Shown here piece by piece: positions 34,991 through 48,930 of a DNA stretch of 64,000 nucleotides. The notes under the pieces are model-generated. The model searched no databases. It was not told the DNA's origin and saw only the letters and a program-made list of their open reading frames with translations. Position 1 is the first letter of the stretch. Every line of letters starts with the position of its first letter. Both the position numbers and the translations under genes were made by a program. This DNA is from Takakia lepidozioides. Taxonomy: Eukaryota > Plantae > Bryophyta. Where the stretch lies: contig CM060733.1 of assembly GCA_030704615.1 (NCBI GenBank), positions 5,270,001 through 5,334,000 of the forward strand. Direction: 5' to 3'.

Positions 34991-37900
34991 CATGGAGTCC
35001 AGTGAAGAGATGGTAAGGAGAGCACGGCAGGAGGGAGAACAGGCGTGGGATGCCTGGCTGTGGGGAGCAACAGGGACTGCTGTTTGGGATGAAAGAGGCC
35101 GCAATGCCCTTCGGGACGACCAAGCACTACGCCAGCGGGCTCGCTCCGCAGCTGCTGATGTAAGCCAGGTAGAGAGCGAACAGTTTGCTTGGCAGGCTGG
35201 ACGATGGGGCCTGTACCCTCCTCCAGCGCCACCAGATGGTGATCTGCTGAAAGCTGCTCTCAAATCTTTGGGCAAAGGTTTGCTGGACAATCCTCAAGGG
35301 TCTGTCCCCCAGACATGCCTAGAACCTTCGTCCGGGAGCTGGATTCGGGTACCCCGTGGAGACGAGTCAGGATTGGACGGTTTTGGGATGGAGACTACAA
35401 GTGATCGTCCTGATAACGCTGTGAGGTGTGGAGAGTTCATAGAAGAGTTGAGTGCTAGTCGTCCTTTGAATGTGGTGGCATCGAGTTCTCGGATTACGGT
35501 AATGGATGAGTGCAGCCACTGCGGGCAAAGTTTTGTTAACGAACTTGCGAAGGAGAGCCGAAGCATTCAGGCGGGAGGGCAAGAAGATGTTGGTAAGAAT
35601 GAGGCGGATTGTTCCTGTAGGTTCTTGAGCCGTAGATTGCAGCAGAAGAGAGAGGGAAGTATATCTTCAACTCGTCAAGTCACTTGGCCTCATTCTTTCG
35701 GAAATCAAAGCCCTATTCTCTGCAGCTGTCTAGCGAATTTGGATACAAGTAAGGTTCTGCGAAACGTGAGAGGGAAGCGGCACCGAAATTGTTCCCCCGT
35801 CGACCGTATCTCTGATGATGTTCTGTGAGTGTCCTACTCTGGCTTATCTTTGATCGAGTTCAGCACTAAATATTTCGACACCCCTGGATTTCTCTCATTC
35901 TAACATCTTTCTACGATATTGAACATGTAATCTAGCCTGCCTCACAGTCTCCATAAGCTTTGATGTACGGTCTTACTTAACATCGTACTTCAGTTTGGTA
36001 GACCTGTCCACTACACGGATCGTGGGATCAAAGCAAGCACCCTGAGAGCAGCGAAAAAGTTCATGTCTGCCTGGATATAGTTTGATGTTCGATAGGTGTC
36101 TTTTGAGTAACCGGGTTCCTTCATTGAGGAAGTGCTTTCAGGTGTCTTATCAACACTGGGCAAGTTTCAGGCTAACAATCAGGCTGACCATCGCAGCCAA
36201 GGTTGGTGATCTAGTAGAGATGATCATTTTTATCCAGATTCACTTGCCAATTTGGATATGGGGAACTGGTGACAGTCTTTTAGAGAAATGAGTAATCAGC
36301 AATGAGCCTCTTATGGGGAAGAAGAAAATTTTGAAGCTTCCAGCTAACCTGTAATGAAAGTTGATGAATGAGCTTTCATGAATCTGAGTAGGAGAGGCCC
36401 AGAACTTCTGAGTTCATGTCTGAAGGTTGGTAAGTCAAGCAGTGTTATTGGAGTACATATCTGTTGTCCAACTTCGTCTCTATCCTTATCAACACAGAGA
36501 ACTCTTAGATCAAAGCTCTGAGCTGTGTCCGTGTGTGTGGCTTTTAGGATGCGGGTATTTTCAAAGCTATCGCGGCGGGAGGTGATTGCTATGTCATCTG
36601 TGTGTCGAAGATGGAGGGAGGTTTCAAGCTCAGAGCCTCTTTGGCGACATGTGGAACTTGCGTCTGTGGCCGACAGCCTTGGGGACAAAGAGCTTTGTCA
36701 TCTGGCTGATAAACGGCTGAAGGTACCCACCTCTTGGATGGTTTCTGTTTGACCACAGATGGCATAGAAGATAACCTCAGGCATATCCCCATGTGACACT
36801 GTATGGCAGTGCCTAGAGTCTTTGCTTCATGAAGTTTTTTTCAGGACTCCAACATGTTTTCCGTTGGATCTGGTCTGATGGTAGTGGCATGTGGTGCAGC
36901 ATACTACAGTGCTTTCCATGGCACTTTGCTGGCATGTCACCAGCATGGGTTTGGCTTCTGTGGTCGGATCTCAATGTGGAAAGCGGCTGTTGTGTCTGGA
37001 CCTGTCCTTTTGTGACTTTGATGATGTGACGGTAAGCATGGTGCTCTTGTCTGAGGGTGGGGGTGGGGATGACAGTTGGTCAGCTTGGTGATTTGCTTCA
37101 CTGTCAGATGGGAAAACGTCAACCATGCATTTGTAGCTTCAAGACCTCTGTCAATGGAAACTGTGTCTTGTGTTTGGACTGAAGACGGGTGTTGAGACCG
37201 ATGAACACTATTATGCCACTCATGATTTGCTCTGTTGTTGATCTCAACTGCATTGACCCTGGCAGGTCAATTCTGTGGCTGAGAACTGTTCTTCGCTTCA
37301 GAGACTACGTCTTTTCGGAGCTCGAGATACTGTTAGTGGGCAGGCATTGGCTGGGCTTGCAAACCTTGTGCACTTGAGAGAGCTTGATCTTGGCCTTTGC
37401 TTCAATATGTCTCACCACACTTTGTAAGCATGCTTTGTTTCTTTCTGGGTTTCTCTTCTGAAAATCCCTCTAATCTTAGAGCCGATCTTCTCAGTACTCC
37501 TTTCTTGGCTACCTTTAAATGTAAGTATGAAGATATCTTGATACTGATAAGGATATTTGTAAGCATGAGATCTGGAGATGGTGTGAATGTGAAAATGGAA
37601 TCTGACCCAAATGGAAAGTGGTTGGTTGCTTGTCATGAGGTCTGCGCCCATTGATGTTGTCTGCTTGTGTGCTTTGTAGGTGATCAGCAAGACTCTAAAG
37701 ACACTGACATGTGTCTTATGAGATGAAATCTATGTTGTGGCCTCTACTGAGTTTCCTTATTTATGTAGAGAGATGTTGTTATGGGTATTGCAGGAAAGAA
37801 TTTGGGAGCAAGTTGAAGTTCCTAGTCATACTTTCACTTGCAGGCTGTCCACGAGTTACGATCGCAAATCTTATGTATCTCTGTGGCTGTGTCTCTCTCG

Positions 37901-39216
37901 AGGTATGAAGACACAGGCCATATTGTGGAATCTGTCAAAGCTACAGCCTTCATTAACCTTTTTTCTATAGGTGGTTGTAATTGTATTTCCTATTTGAGGA
38001 TATGCACGTTGCTGGCTGACCCTTTCAAAGTTACTCGATATCAGTAGGGTGGTTGGCATGAATGTGAAACCATAGCTCATAATCCATTTGTACATATCAA
38101 GGTGAGATTCTGAGGCAACAATGGAAGAGGGATAACTTTAAACATCCTCCTCTGTCTGCGCAGGCCCTATGTCTCGTGGGTTGCAAGTCGATATACATGT
38201 ATTCAGCTGGTGATATTGCAAAAGAACTTGTGTTTGGGGGATGCTCGCGGTTAGCTATGGTGGAGGCTGGAAACCAGCTCCCTAATGCTGCCCCATTCCC
38301 TGCAAGACCACCCCCCCCACCTCCTGTCCTATTTCCAGCCAATGGTGTTACCTTCAATGGGAATGGATCTCCCACCTATTCTCCCACTTTTCGGGAAGCT
38401 GCAGAGAATGCCGATCACTGTGTTAAGGTTCCCGTGGCTGAAGGAGGGTCTAAACAACAGCCCATCCACCAACTTCAGGTATGGGCTGATACTATCTTTC
38501 CGCTTTGCAACTCCTAAGAGTTTGAACAGTTCTGAGCAGAAAGTACAACACGTATGAGTTAAAAGAAAAAGGGAAAAAATTCTGGCCTAGCCTGCAATGT
38601 CAGCTTTCGTCATCAGGGCTATTACTTGTGTCGAAAACAACAATTTGACCCTCTTTAGTGTGACTGCAAAGTTCGGCCCTGACTTAGGGACAGGGTTGAC
38701 ATATTGTGTTCTTCAAGTGCCGTTGAATGGGACTTGGCACTTAACCATTCAGAAAGTATGTTGGGAATGCAAGATCTTAAGTTGTTAAAGGTGCATGTCC
38801 TCTGATTCAATTATCCCATGTGCTCTCAGCAAATTGACAGAAGGTGACTGGTGGAGCACACATCAGATTGAAAAGTCGGCAGTTCCCTCCAGATATATGA
38901 TCTATGTATGGTTACAGTTTGTCACAATAATTCTAACCTATTTCCCTTTGTCAGGGTTTGTGAAGGAGCTCATCAATGACAAGTTTGCCATGTTGTAGCA
39001 GTTACAGGAAGAACCTTTTGGGGAGAAAACTGATAGCAATGGCACCAAGGAATCAAGCTCTGTCACAGTAAAGGCCACTGCATCACAGCAATTCCAACAA
39101 GGGAGGGTGGAACTCTCTGGTGGAAATGTGAAGGCACCTGCTATTTCATTCCAAGCAGAGGGTCATTTCAATCCAAGTGCAGCAGCCTACACTTTCATGG
39201 CCTGGATGCATCGCTT
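34991..39216 (+). CDS. F-box/LRR protein with long N-terminal extension; further 3' exons (to ~41177) are unresolved
   Basis: Phase-consistent exons ~34991-35824, 36548-36722 (F-box VDRISDDVLMRVFSKLSRREVIAMSSVCRRW), 36900-37031 (LDLSFC), 37266-37423 (LRELDLGLC), 37794-37902 (LSLAGCPRVT), 38164-38478 (LCLVGCKSI), ~38999-39216. Confidence 0.8.
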
Positions 39217-42200
39217 GGTGAGTGGCGCTCTTTTCTTTTGTTCCTATCTTCACACCATGAGATTTTTTGGGGTAATGTATTCCAAATCTTGGTCAAGCCA
39301 TGTATAAGATTGCAACAGACAGCACTCTGGTAAATTTCTCAGGTATCCTGTACCTGATTTTCATGGAGAATAATGAAATGAAATGGTACCTTATAACGTC
39401 CGCGGAAATCTCAAAAGAGCTTATGGGACAATGGATAAAACATGAGAGGAAACAAAACCAGAGTGAAGAAAAAGCTCAAAGCAACTACTGCTCAAGGATT
39501 GTCTAAGGGTCAGGGCCTCGTGCAGGTAGAATAGAAAGGAGAATAGAAAGGAAGAAAAAAGTTTGTTATGCCCAGTGAAGGCCGCAGAACCCAGTGGACA
39601 CAAATAGAACAACCCACTAGATAGAAAGATGCAGCAAAGGGGGCAATAATGGTTGGTAAAAGTAAGCATTGGGGGCGTGGGATGCAGGCTGGGGCAGATC
39701 GGAGTGAATGCGTTCGAGAATGTGCACGTGCAATCTTTCTCGACAATGATTATGGTAGTACCTCATAGGCAGCCTCTGTCATGTTGCTACTGTCATGCTG
39801 TTACAATACTCTTTTGTGAGCTGTTGAGAGGTGTATAGGTGTTCTGCTCTGTTGGTCGAAAGTCGCCTCCCATTTTTTCGGCGCAAGATACAATCGTCGA
39901 GAAAGAGCATCGGGTTTCCCTTTAAATGTCCGTGTTTTTCCCATCTTTGGCCCTAAACTGGTTGTGACTTGATACTAATGTCCTCAAAACTCGGTATGTA
40001 CTTCGAATGTTTGTCATACACTGTGAAAGCACTGTCTCGCTTTCGGGTGGCCTTCCATACCGCGGTCTCTTTTGTAGGCTTGGCCTATTTCAGGATTATT
40101 AGTATCCTGCAGGAAATATAAGGACATTGTAGCCAAGGGTTGGTAAAAACTTTCAAGCACTTTATCTGGCAGATTATCTAATGTAAATCTGCATCTCTGT
40201 ACACAGGGAACCCATGGAATGATGTTGCTTGTGAGCTATGGGATGCTGGTGACACCAGTCTTGCTGCATGGTTTTTTCAAAGGTAATGTGCATCTTCTTT
40301 TTGTCTCAATCCCTATGGTCAAGACTATGGGTTTGATGAGGAACCAGTTATGACATTGCTCTGTAAAATCGTTATTGGCGTTTCCACTTGGTGTATCTGT
40401 AGTATTGAGTGTGTGCCAGCTGATATGCCTAGGTGAAAAGTATGTTGCTTATAGCACATTAGGACGGGTGTTATGGAAGGGTTGCTGGAAGGGGATTATC
40501 AATGGCTTGTAGTTGGAACACAGAGATCATGATCTACTACTTAATTGTACTTTGCATTGCCAGAGTCTTGTAGCCTTTGATTTTTCAGCCAGGTTTGACA
40601 TGGTGAAGGGGAATGAGAGGGGTATGAAAATGCTTTTCCATGTCTAGTGGAACATGAATATGTTGAACCCTTTGAACAGGTACTTGAGTACATGGAAAGA
40701 ATCATGGTAACATATTTGACACACCATAATTACAGGAAATAAGGATTTTTCCTGGATCGTTAACTGGGGGATCTTGACGAGTGGAACAATGGTCTGACGC
40801 TTAAAGTTGAAGTCAATCTCGCAGGGCTAAAGCATGTTCGAGGTATGAGATCGGGGCAGGTCATTTTCCATACCTGAACCTGGCAAAGCTCCGACTAAGT
40901 GAAAATGCACCCTCAGTTGACATTGATGACCACAGAAAGAGCCGCAGTACACCTTCAAAGGAGGCACTGCTAGAACTTTGTGCTGCTCTCCTGCGTGCCC
41001 CTGGAGGTAATTATCTTCCTGTGTCTGATCTTAAATAGATCAGAAGTTACCAAACAGTAATCTCCCTTGGTTAGCACCTCTCTCGCGCTCTTTCATTTGT
41101 CTCAGCTGGTTTACGAGACCAGGTCTCTACAGCAAATCACTGAGGAACCTGTCAACAAAGTTTCTGAAAGGAAAGCACTTACATGATATAATTGTAAGTC
41201 ATTACTGTCTCTCTGGCATATAGTAGGTGACCTCCAGAGAAGTCAGAAAAAGGAGGACATGTGCAGCCTGACAAGAACCTACTCTTACCTTCTCCAGATG
41301 AAAAGTGGGACAGATGTGCTGAAGTTGGCCTCTTGAGGAAAAAGAAAACCTTGTTCTGAAGGGGTCTCTTTCTGAATTTTGGTGCAGATGAGGGGCTGCA
41401 GCATATTGTGTTCCACATGCTCGACGACTTGAGGAAATCCTATTGTTGTCTGCAGAGAAATGGGGAACGTTTAGTAACCTAGGTTGTCAATGGAGGCCTT
41501 ACAGGGCATGTGATTCTGGCAGGGCTGTGTTTGAGCTCGTACAAACCCATACAAAAGAGATGGTGGGTGGGTGTATACACATTGAACTGGGCTAGAGTTG
41601 CAATTAATTTTTGGTAATTTTATCGGTCTGAACATTCTTTAATGAAATTTTTGGTGCTTCAATTGTCATGTCCCAAACCAAGACTATCACTGCCGTGATC
41701 CATAGTCATTTGAACCCCAGTCACTGGATTTTTGACAGATTTTGTTTTAATTGGGTACAAGCTTTACTTGGCAATGTAGTAGACGGAAGACGATAGGAAT
41801 AATGTAATCACTTAATGGACACTCGTGATTTGACAGTGCTTTCGCCGGATTCTGGCAGCCTGGGCTCGTCTGGGGGTGCCCCTGTCAAATCTTCTCCACC
41901 CCATCTTACCTCCGCATTTCTATTAAATACTTAAGAATCCAAGGGGTTCAGGTGGTGAGGTCTCAGGGTTCGATTCATGACGGAAGGCTCTTGTAGTGTA
42001 ACCCCGGTTGATGTAACCCTCTGTAACTCTGGTTAGTCCATTTTATTTTGGATAGTCCAAATTTGGACTCAGTCAAATTTTGAGACCAAGTCTGAGTTAC
42101 ACCGATACACTACATTCTGTGTAACCCCGAGTGGAGTTACACACCTCGTACTGGAGTTGACACTCCTTAAGTTCCATGTAACTCGCATGAGAGGGTGGGG

Positions 42201-43041
42201 AAGATTTGACATGCCGGAAGAGGTAGCAAGTGTGAATTAAGTTCTTCCGCAGTAGACCTGCGAAAACGTAGCTGATGATGAACACTGCTGAAAATGCTGC
42301 GAATGTGCTGTCAACTGTTTCCAAGTGAGTGTGATAGGAGGAGCCCAATCCCATACACGGTAAAGAGGGTGAAAGTGACTAGTGCTGAAGAGGGGGGTGT
42401 TGCACCCTATGTACAAAAACTGGGATTGCCAAAGCCAAGCTCCGAGCAAGCTATCAACTCCAAGGTTTCTATGCACTTGTCTTCCTACCTTCAAAGTGCG
42501 TTTCTCACATCACTAAATACAATGGTTAACCCTTTGTAACTGCTATATATGTTTGAATTTGCTGGCTATGGGGGCAACTTATCTTGAGCACGAGAGGACC
42601 AAGAGCTGGGTCGCTTAAACTCCAAACCGTCACAGAGAATGGGGGCTTGGGAACGCTGCTTCCTTTTGCCTTCCTCCATCTCCTTGCCTCCGAAATGTTT
42701 GCTGCACTGTTGTGTCATGTGGGCTGCCCCTGTGCACTCTCTCTCCTGATTGACCTCAACGCTGGAGCGCTTGGGACAGAGGATACGAAATGACAAGAGG
42801 TATGACACGAAAGGTTAAACAATTCCTGCTCCATGAATCTAGGATCTGTCCTCACCTCCGCCATCTGCATTCGTTAGGTGTGGAGTCCAGGTCTTATGTG
42901 ATCGGACCATGGGCCTCTGTTGTGTACTGGACCCCCTCTCTCTTTGGACTTTGGATTTCCTTTCTCTCTCTGGAGCTCTTTCATCTCAAGAGAAGCAGCA
43001 AGTTTTGGTTCATTACTGCCCTTGTGGGTTGACATCCTTCA

Positions 43042-44020
43042 ATGACGCAGTCTTGTTCAACGACGCATGCTGAGAAGACATCACGAATACACCTCGATGC
43101 TCGCCAATGCATTGCTAATCCAGCACCGCTGGGGCTTATGGCATTTGGGTGCACCACCTTTGTGCTCTCCTGCTACCACACTGGGATCTTTGGAATGCGG
43201 GGATCGTCACCTACCAACGCCGTAGTGGGTATGGCTCTGTCTTACGGAGGGATTGCTCAAATACTTGCCGGGATGTGGGAATTCAGGACAGGGAACACAT
43301 TTGGGGCCACTGCTTTCACTTCCTATGGAGCTTTCTTGCTCTCATACGCAATCATATTGGTACCAGGCTCTGGAGTTATTGATGGCTACGTGCTATCTGG
43401 TTACTCCGACCATTTCGATCCAGCCCTGGGCATCTTCTTGCTCTCATGGACGATGTTCACCCTCATGATGTGGTTGTGTACCCTCCGCACCAATTGTAGC
43501 CTCACCTCGCTTTTCTTTTTGCTTTTCATCACTTTTCTGCTTCTCACTATTGGCAGGTTCATGGGGTCCAGCGGCGGCCACCTTCACCGGGTAAAAACCA
43601 GTGAATCCCCAATTCGCGTTTAGTCTGAGTTTGCACAGTATTAGCAATTCCTAGCAAATTCTTGAGTTCTTTATAAGGTTTGACCACACTGAATTCGGAT
43701 TGCCCTCATCTGATCACACTTTTTCTCTGGGGCCCGGTATATCAGTGCTGTTTCAGGCCAGATAACTGTAGTAAGTTAATCAATTGAAGCAGTTTCCCCA
43801 AGTCGTCTGACTCCTTTCTCCAGCTGCTGTCTATGATCAGGCAGGTGGCTTTCTTGGCATCATCGTTGCCTTCATTGCTTGGTACATGGCTCTCGCACAC
43901 CTTTTGACGAAGGAAAACTCCTATTTTACTCTGCCTTTGGGAAAGATCGGGTATAACCCTCACGCTCTTCATTTAGGAATTTTTAACGTTTCAGTGGATC
44001 ATGTGTGGTGGCGCTCTTAG
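43042..44020 (+). CDS. GPR1/FUN34/YaaH (Ady2/ATO/SatP) acetate/ammonium transporter family, 2 exons
   Basis: Signature ANPAPLGLMAF, YGGIAQILAGMWEF, GNTFGATAFTSYGAF. Exons 43042-43590 and 43841-44020 (AGGFLGIIVAFIAWYMALA), phase-0 GT-AG intron. Confidence 0.93.
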
Positions 44021-46232
44021 TCGGGTGTGATTTGCTGGTAATGCATCCTGCTTAGTAAAAAAATCTCTACTGAGTCTCTGTCATCTGCTGTCCAGTCAAT
44101 AGAACTGATTTGGGAAAGGGCATTTCAGAATACACTTGATCAATATCAAACACAGAGCTTGATACTCGAAACTGTTTTGGGTAGAGGGCACTTGTTCATG
44201 CACAGCTACGTACTTGCAGGTCTTTCTGTTCACAAGAGAGATATAGGTCTCTAGCTTAGTAGATCACCCACTCAAGCTGGTTTGCACTTGAAGAACTAAA
44301 AGTCAAGAGATAAAACTAACAAATGTGATGCCAAGAACTTGGTTCTTACAGTTGGCACTCACCAGCCTTCTCCTTTGCAAGATATCTCGTCAACTGACAC
44401 AGTCCTGCACAAGGTTTGCCAACTGTCTAGAGCTAATAAGGACGTCCAGGCACCTTCTGCAGCACTGCTCTCTCCTACTTTAAGTTTGCCCTCGTGGGCT
44501 TATCAGCTCATGATAAACTTACGCATGAATTCTGTATCAAAGTCCATTCTTGGCAAGCCCCCTGTTGTCTACTTCTGTGCAACCAACCTTTTATCAGTCT
44601 AGCGTCCATGCGATTTCTATGACAAACTGATCACGAGTGTGCTACTCAAATGAACCAACGTTGCTTGCTCACAGGGTTACGTCGGCCAACCGGAGCTCCA
44701 GACCTCAATCTCGCTCCACATCGCCCAGGCAGTCTCCTCGCGGTTCCGAAGGAGGCGAAAGTGGTTGCTGCAAGCTGTAGCTCGTCTACTTCTATTCTTT
44801 GCCTTGTTGTGTGACTGTCCACTTGTTTGCTGGAGCCAAACGAGTGCCCAGACATCAGAATGAAGGAGCAATTAACGCAGACAAGCACTTGTTGCTGCCT
44901 GCCTCACATCGACAGTAAGCTTTGAAGCTTGCAGAATATCTCCACAACCCAAGCTATAATACCAACCCCCACCAACCGAAAGTCCCTTGCTCTAATGAGA
45001 GAGATATGGTGGTGAAACCCTGTAACACTGTATTTACAACATGTACAATGGGTGAACGTGCATATGATGTGAAGTTCCCAAAAAAGGGGGGGGGGAACAA
45101 GAAACAATAGAAGAAAACAAAAAAAGCTACTCAGCTAGAGAAAAAAATATGGTGGCTTTTAGTTCTCACGAGATCTGGAGAGGGTAGAGACAAAGGTCAA
45201 AGATCGGTAGACGTGTCATTGGGCCTAAAAGATTGTTGAGTTGTGCTGCCCAACTCCCTCCAAAACTCTTAGTGGCAGGAAGTTTAACCATCCTTCTATA
45301 ACATGAAATCCATTCAATGCTTGTGTGTCTGTGACTAGTTCGCCTTGGGTACTCTTTGGATCCATACCATTTGATGGGTTGCCATGTGTTTGACCCTACC
45401 CACAGTATGTGTAGATGGCATTCCCTGTTTTCCAGGTGCAAGAAGAAAATCATGTGCTTCAACATGTTACCACACGACTCAGAGATGAGGGCCACATGAT
45501 TTGACACCAAGCAGGCTAAGATCCACTGAGACAGCTAGCCAACGACCATATGAAAGAAAATTGCCTAAGGGAAGAAAAAACATAGACACCTGGAAGTGTG
45601 CACACGCCTTAGTCGAAGAACTGAAATAACTTCATATGATAAAGCTCCATATATACAGAGTCTTCCTCCATGCAGGTTAACTAGAATGCCATAGACAAAG
45701 AACACCAGGCTCCCCAACAACAACACCCTCCTAAAGATCTGAGGGGTGTGACAAACTGAAAAACATTTCAGGGTGATGTGACACCCCTCACATCACCACA
45801 CTCTATGGCACATTCAGTGGGTTGAGCAAGTTTTAGATCTTTAATGCCGACATATCCCATGGTAGCAAATGCAGAAGAACTGCACCTCTGATGTCAGAGT
45901 TGCTACACAAATAAGCAGTTTGCAGGTACAAAGCAACACCTGCCCTGAACATAACTATTCCCCACTATGCTCTCTGCTGCTGCCAAAAATACCCTTACGC
46001 CAATCATTTCAAGAACCATCTCACAGCAGCCAGATGATTAGAAGACAGTTTCCGGACATAAGGGAAGGGTGGGAGAGAACAACTTCCCAGAGAACTTCAA
46101 ACGGCCACAGAAATCCTACATCCAGTACATAGCACTGTCTGTCATGAAAAGATTTACAGAAGATACCGATCACAACAATGGCAGCACAAGTAGTGCAATG
46201 GATGCCAGAGATAAATCGAGATACTTAAGAAG

Positions 46233-48491
46233 CTAGAATACTATCAAATCATCTGAATTTTTCTTGCTTGCCCCTTGGCTGCTCTGTTCCCCTGACTTCT
46301 TTCCAAAGATCATTTCATCTAAATCTGCCATGGCTGCATCATCTCCATGTGCAGAGGATCGTGGTGGTGCAGAGGCTTTCGGTGGACGATTTCGCACCAG
46401 TGCAGATTCTTCACCACCAACCAAGCTCGGGTCCTCTTCCTCCATAGCTGTCACACGAGCAAATACAGGTTCATCTGAGGGAGGTGGTTGAGATAATGGA
46501 ACAGTCATCTCCTCATATTTGGTTAAGACCTGCTGCAAGCCATCATTGACATGGAGGGCCTCGAACAGAAGTGGATCGCTATCACCCGCTCTTTCAATTA
46601 TCCTCTGCACATTGAACTGCGACTGCCGGCACTGCTCCACCAATGTAAGTGTCAGGTCATCCTGCACACATGCCAACAGCAATGATATCAGCTATTTCCT
46701 CAAATGTGCTCTTTAAACGCAATAGAAAAGCTTCATCTTTATATGCTACATGTCCTGTGAAAATGAATTGACTAAATCCACAATCCCAACTTCGACAACC
46801 AGTGCATTTCGAGGGAGTGACAAGGAGCAGAACAGAAGAAGTCTGACAGAGCAGCCGTCAATGTTAAATGACTGCCCAAACGGATATAACATTTGCAAGA
46901 CAAACCCCGTGCCTGTTGGTTCTTTACCACCAATCTGTGCAGATAATTTCTAGTCTTGCTGCTGCTCAGTCACACCCCCCCCCCCCCCAACAACCAAGAC
47001 AGCACTTATCTTCTGCAGATCTGGCATATTGGATGTGCTGGCACACCACAGAAAGTTCCATAACAAAGATGCAAAGCAAAACCTGGAGAGCCTCCTGCTG
47101 TGGGGAGGAAGTCAACACTGTTGATAGAAGATCGACACTGTTCCTAGCAACATCAAACACCTCCTTGGTGTTCTCAGGGTTGAGGTCAAGTTGCTGTAAT
47201 CCAACAGCCTCCCTTAAGCTGACACCTGAACCACCTTCATGCAGCCCGGATCCAGATCTATCTGATCTTGACATGGATTGTGGGGGAGTGAAGATAGGTG
47301 CCAGACTTTCCAAGTCCCGCCCTGGAAACCTGATCCCTCTGGACTTCAAACTCTGTCGTGCAAAATACAACCCATGTCAGCGGACACACAGCTAGCCAGG
47401 CCCTCTCCCAAGGCTCAGGTCAAACAAATGCAATGTCTGGAGAGACAAGGGATTGCAAGATTCCAGATAGGTCACACAATTAATATCTCTATGCTTGAAA
47501 CTTTACCACTAAGATCCCAGTGCCCAACCAAGCTTGCAACACCTGGTATCTAGAAGAAACTCAGATCAGTCGATCTAGAGCCAGAATCTCAACCATTTTC
47601 ATCATCTGGCACGATTAACAGGGTATTGCACTGCAATAGCTCCTTTACACATGAGGTACATGGTGCTAAGGAAACCCAAGCCTAATCCTTCCATAACGTC
47701 ATGACACTTTCCAAGTCCCGCCCTGAAATGCCAATTAACTAGTCTTTTACGTGCATCGAGGCCTCTAAACGTCCGGTAGTTTGAGTTCAAGTCACTGGGT
47801 AAGACGGAATCATAAACATTCTCTATGAACATCAACAAAGAGCTACCAGAAGCTACCCACCGCGCACTTATTATTCTTCAGTTCATCAGATCTTTTACAC
47901 TGAATGCCCTATTCAGATCCTTGCCTTCTGATCCGATCTATCCACACGGAAGGCCAGAAATACAGAAGGTACCTTGTAAGTCTCTTCAAAAATAGGAAGA
48001 TAACGAAGCTCCTCGGTGGATTCACCCCAAGCTTCGATCAGTTTGAGCGCCTTTTCTCGGTTTTCAACAGGAGTCTGGCGGTCATCGATCATCTTCACCA
48101 TCTCATCCAAAACTTTCTCCGATGCCACCTCCGAGAACATCTTTTCACAATTCTTTACACACGTCTCGAGCAAAGTGAGGGCCAGAAACTGGATGTGGGG
48201 ATTTCTAAGCATAATCCGCTTCTTGATTGCTCTAACAGCCTCCTGACCACTCACCTTCTCTGTATTCACAAGATCACAAAGCTCTAGACTTTTCCCCCAG
48301 TCCGGTCCTTCCAGATGCTCAGCTGTGGCATCCTCCACAAGCTTATCCGCCTGTGTGGTCACCTGGAACAGCTCCCTCATTCTCCCACTCACTGTCGTCA
48401 TCCTCTCACTCATCTTCCTCCCCACCTCCGTGCTCCCTACCTTCAGCTTCTCACTGAAAGCATTGAGCCTGTCCTTGAAATTGTCTCCCAT
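46233..48491 (-). CDS. TOM1-like (TOL) VHS-GAT protein, 3 exons
   Basis: VHS domain (VEDATAEHLEGPDW, LALTLLETCVKNC, KALKLIEAWG, LKSRGIRFPGR, APIFTPP) and GAT domain (LLFEALHVNDGLQQVLTKYEE). Exons 48491-47973, 47352-47083, 46661-46233. Confidence 0.93.
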
Positions 48492-48930
48492 CCTAACTCT
48501 CTTCACTCCTCTTCACTCCTCTGTCACACCACGGTCAGAACCTGCACCAGTCTTCAAAACCCACCCTTGCCTTCCACCAGTCTGCCTCCCTCTCTCTCCC
48601 GCTTCCCGATCTATAGAGAAGAACCCAGCTGAAGCAAAATCGTGCAAACCTCACGATTCAAGCAGAAACAACAAAGTCTCACAGTGGGCCAGGGATGGCA
48701 AGAGAGGGAAAGGGCTGGAGCACAGCCCGGTAGCTTCCGGCAAGCGAAAGCCACGCGCACGCAAGATGGGTCCCACGCAAGCGGTTCCTGGGAACCCTGC
48801 GTAGCCAAATTAGGGTTACTTAGGCTAAATCCGAGAAGGCCGCAACAGCTCTCTTCTCTTTCTCGATCCGCCTCGTCTTGGTCTTGCTTTCTCGTGCACT
48901 GTTTCCTCTTTTCTAATTCGACACACTGAC

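Noticed and set aside
38955-38998. Premature stop in the F-box gene
   Set aside because: The TAG is better read as a NAGNAG splice acceptor, which restores the frame.
45740-45797. Overlapping short inverted repeats downstream of TOM1-like
   Set aside because: Short, single copy, no TSD; no evidence of function.
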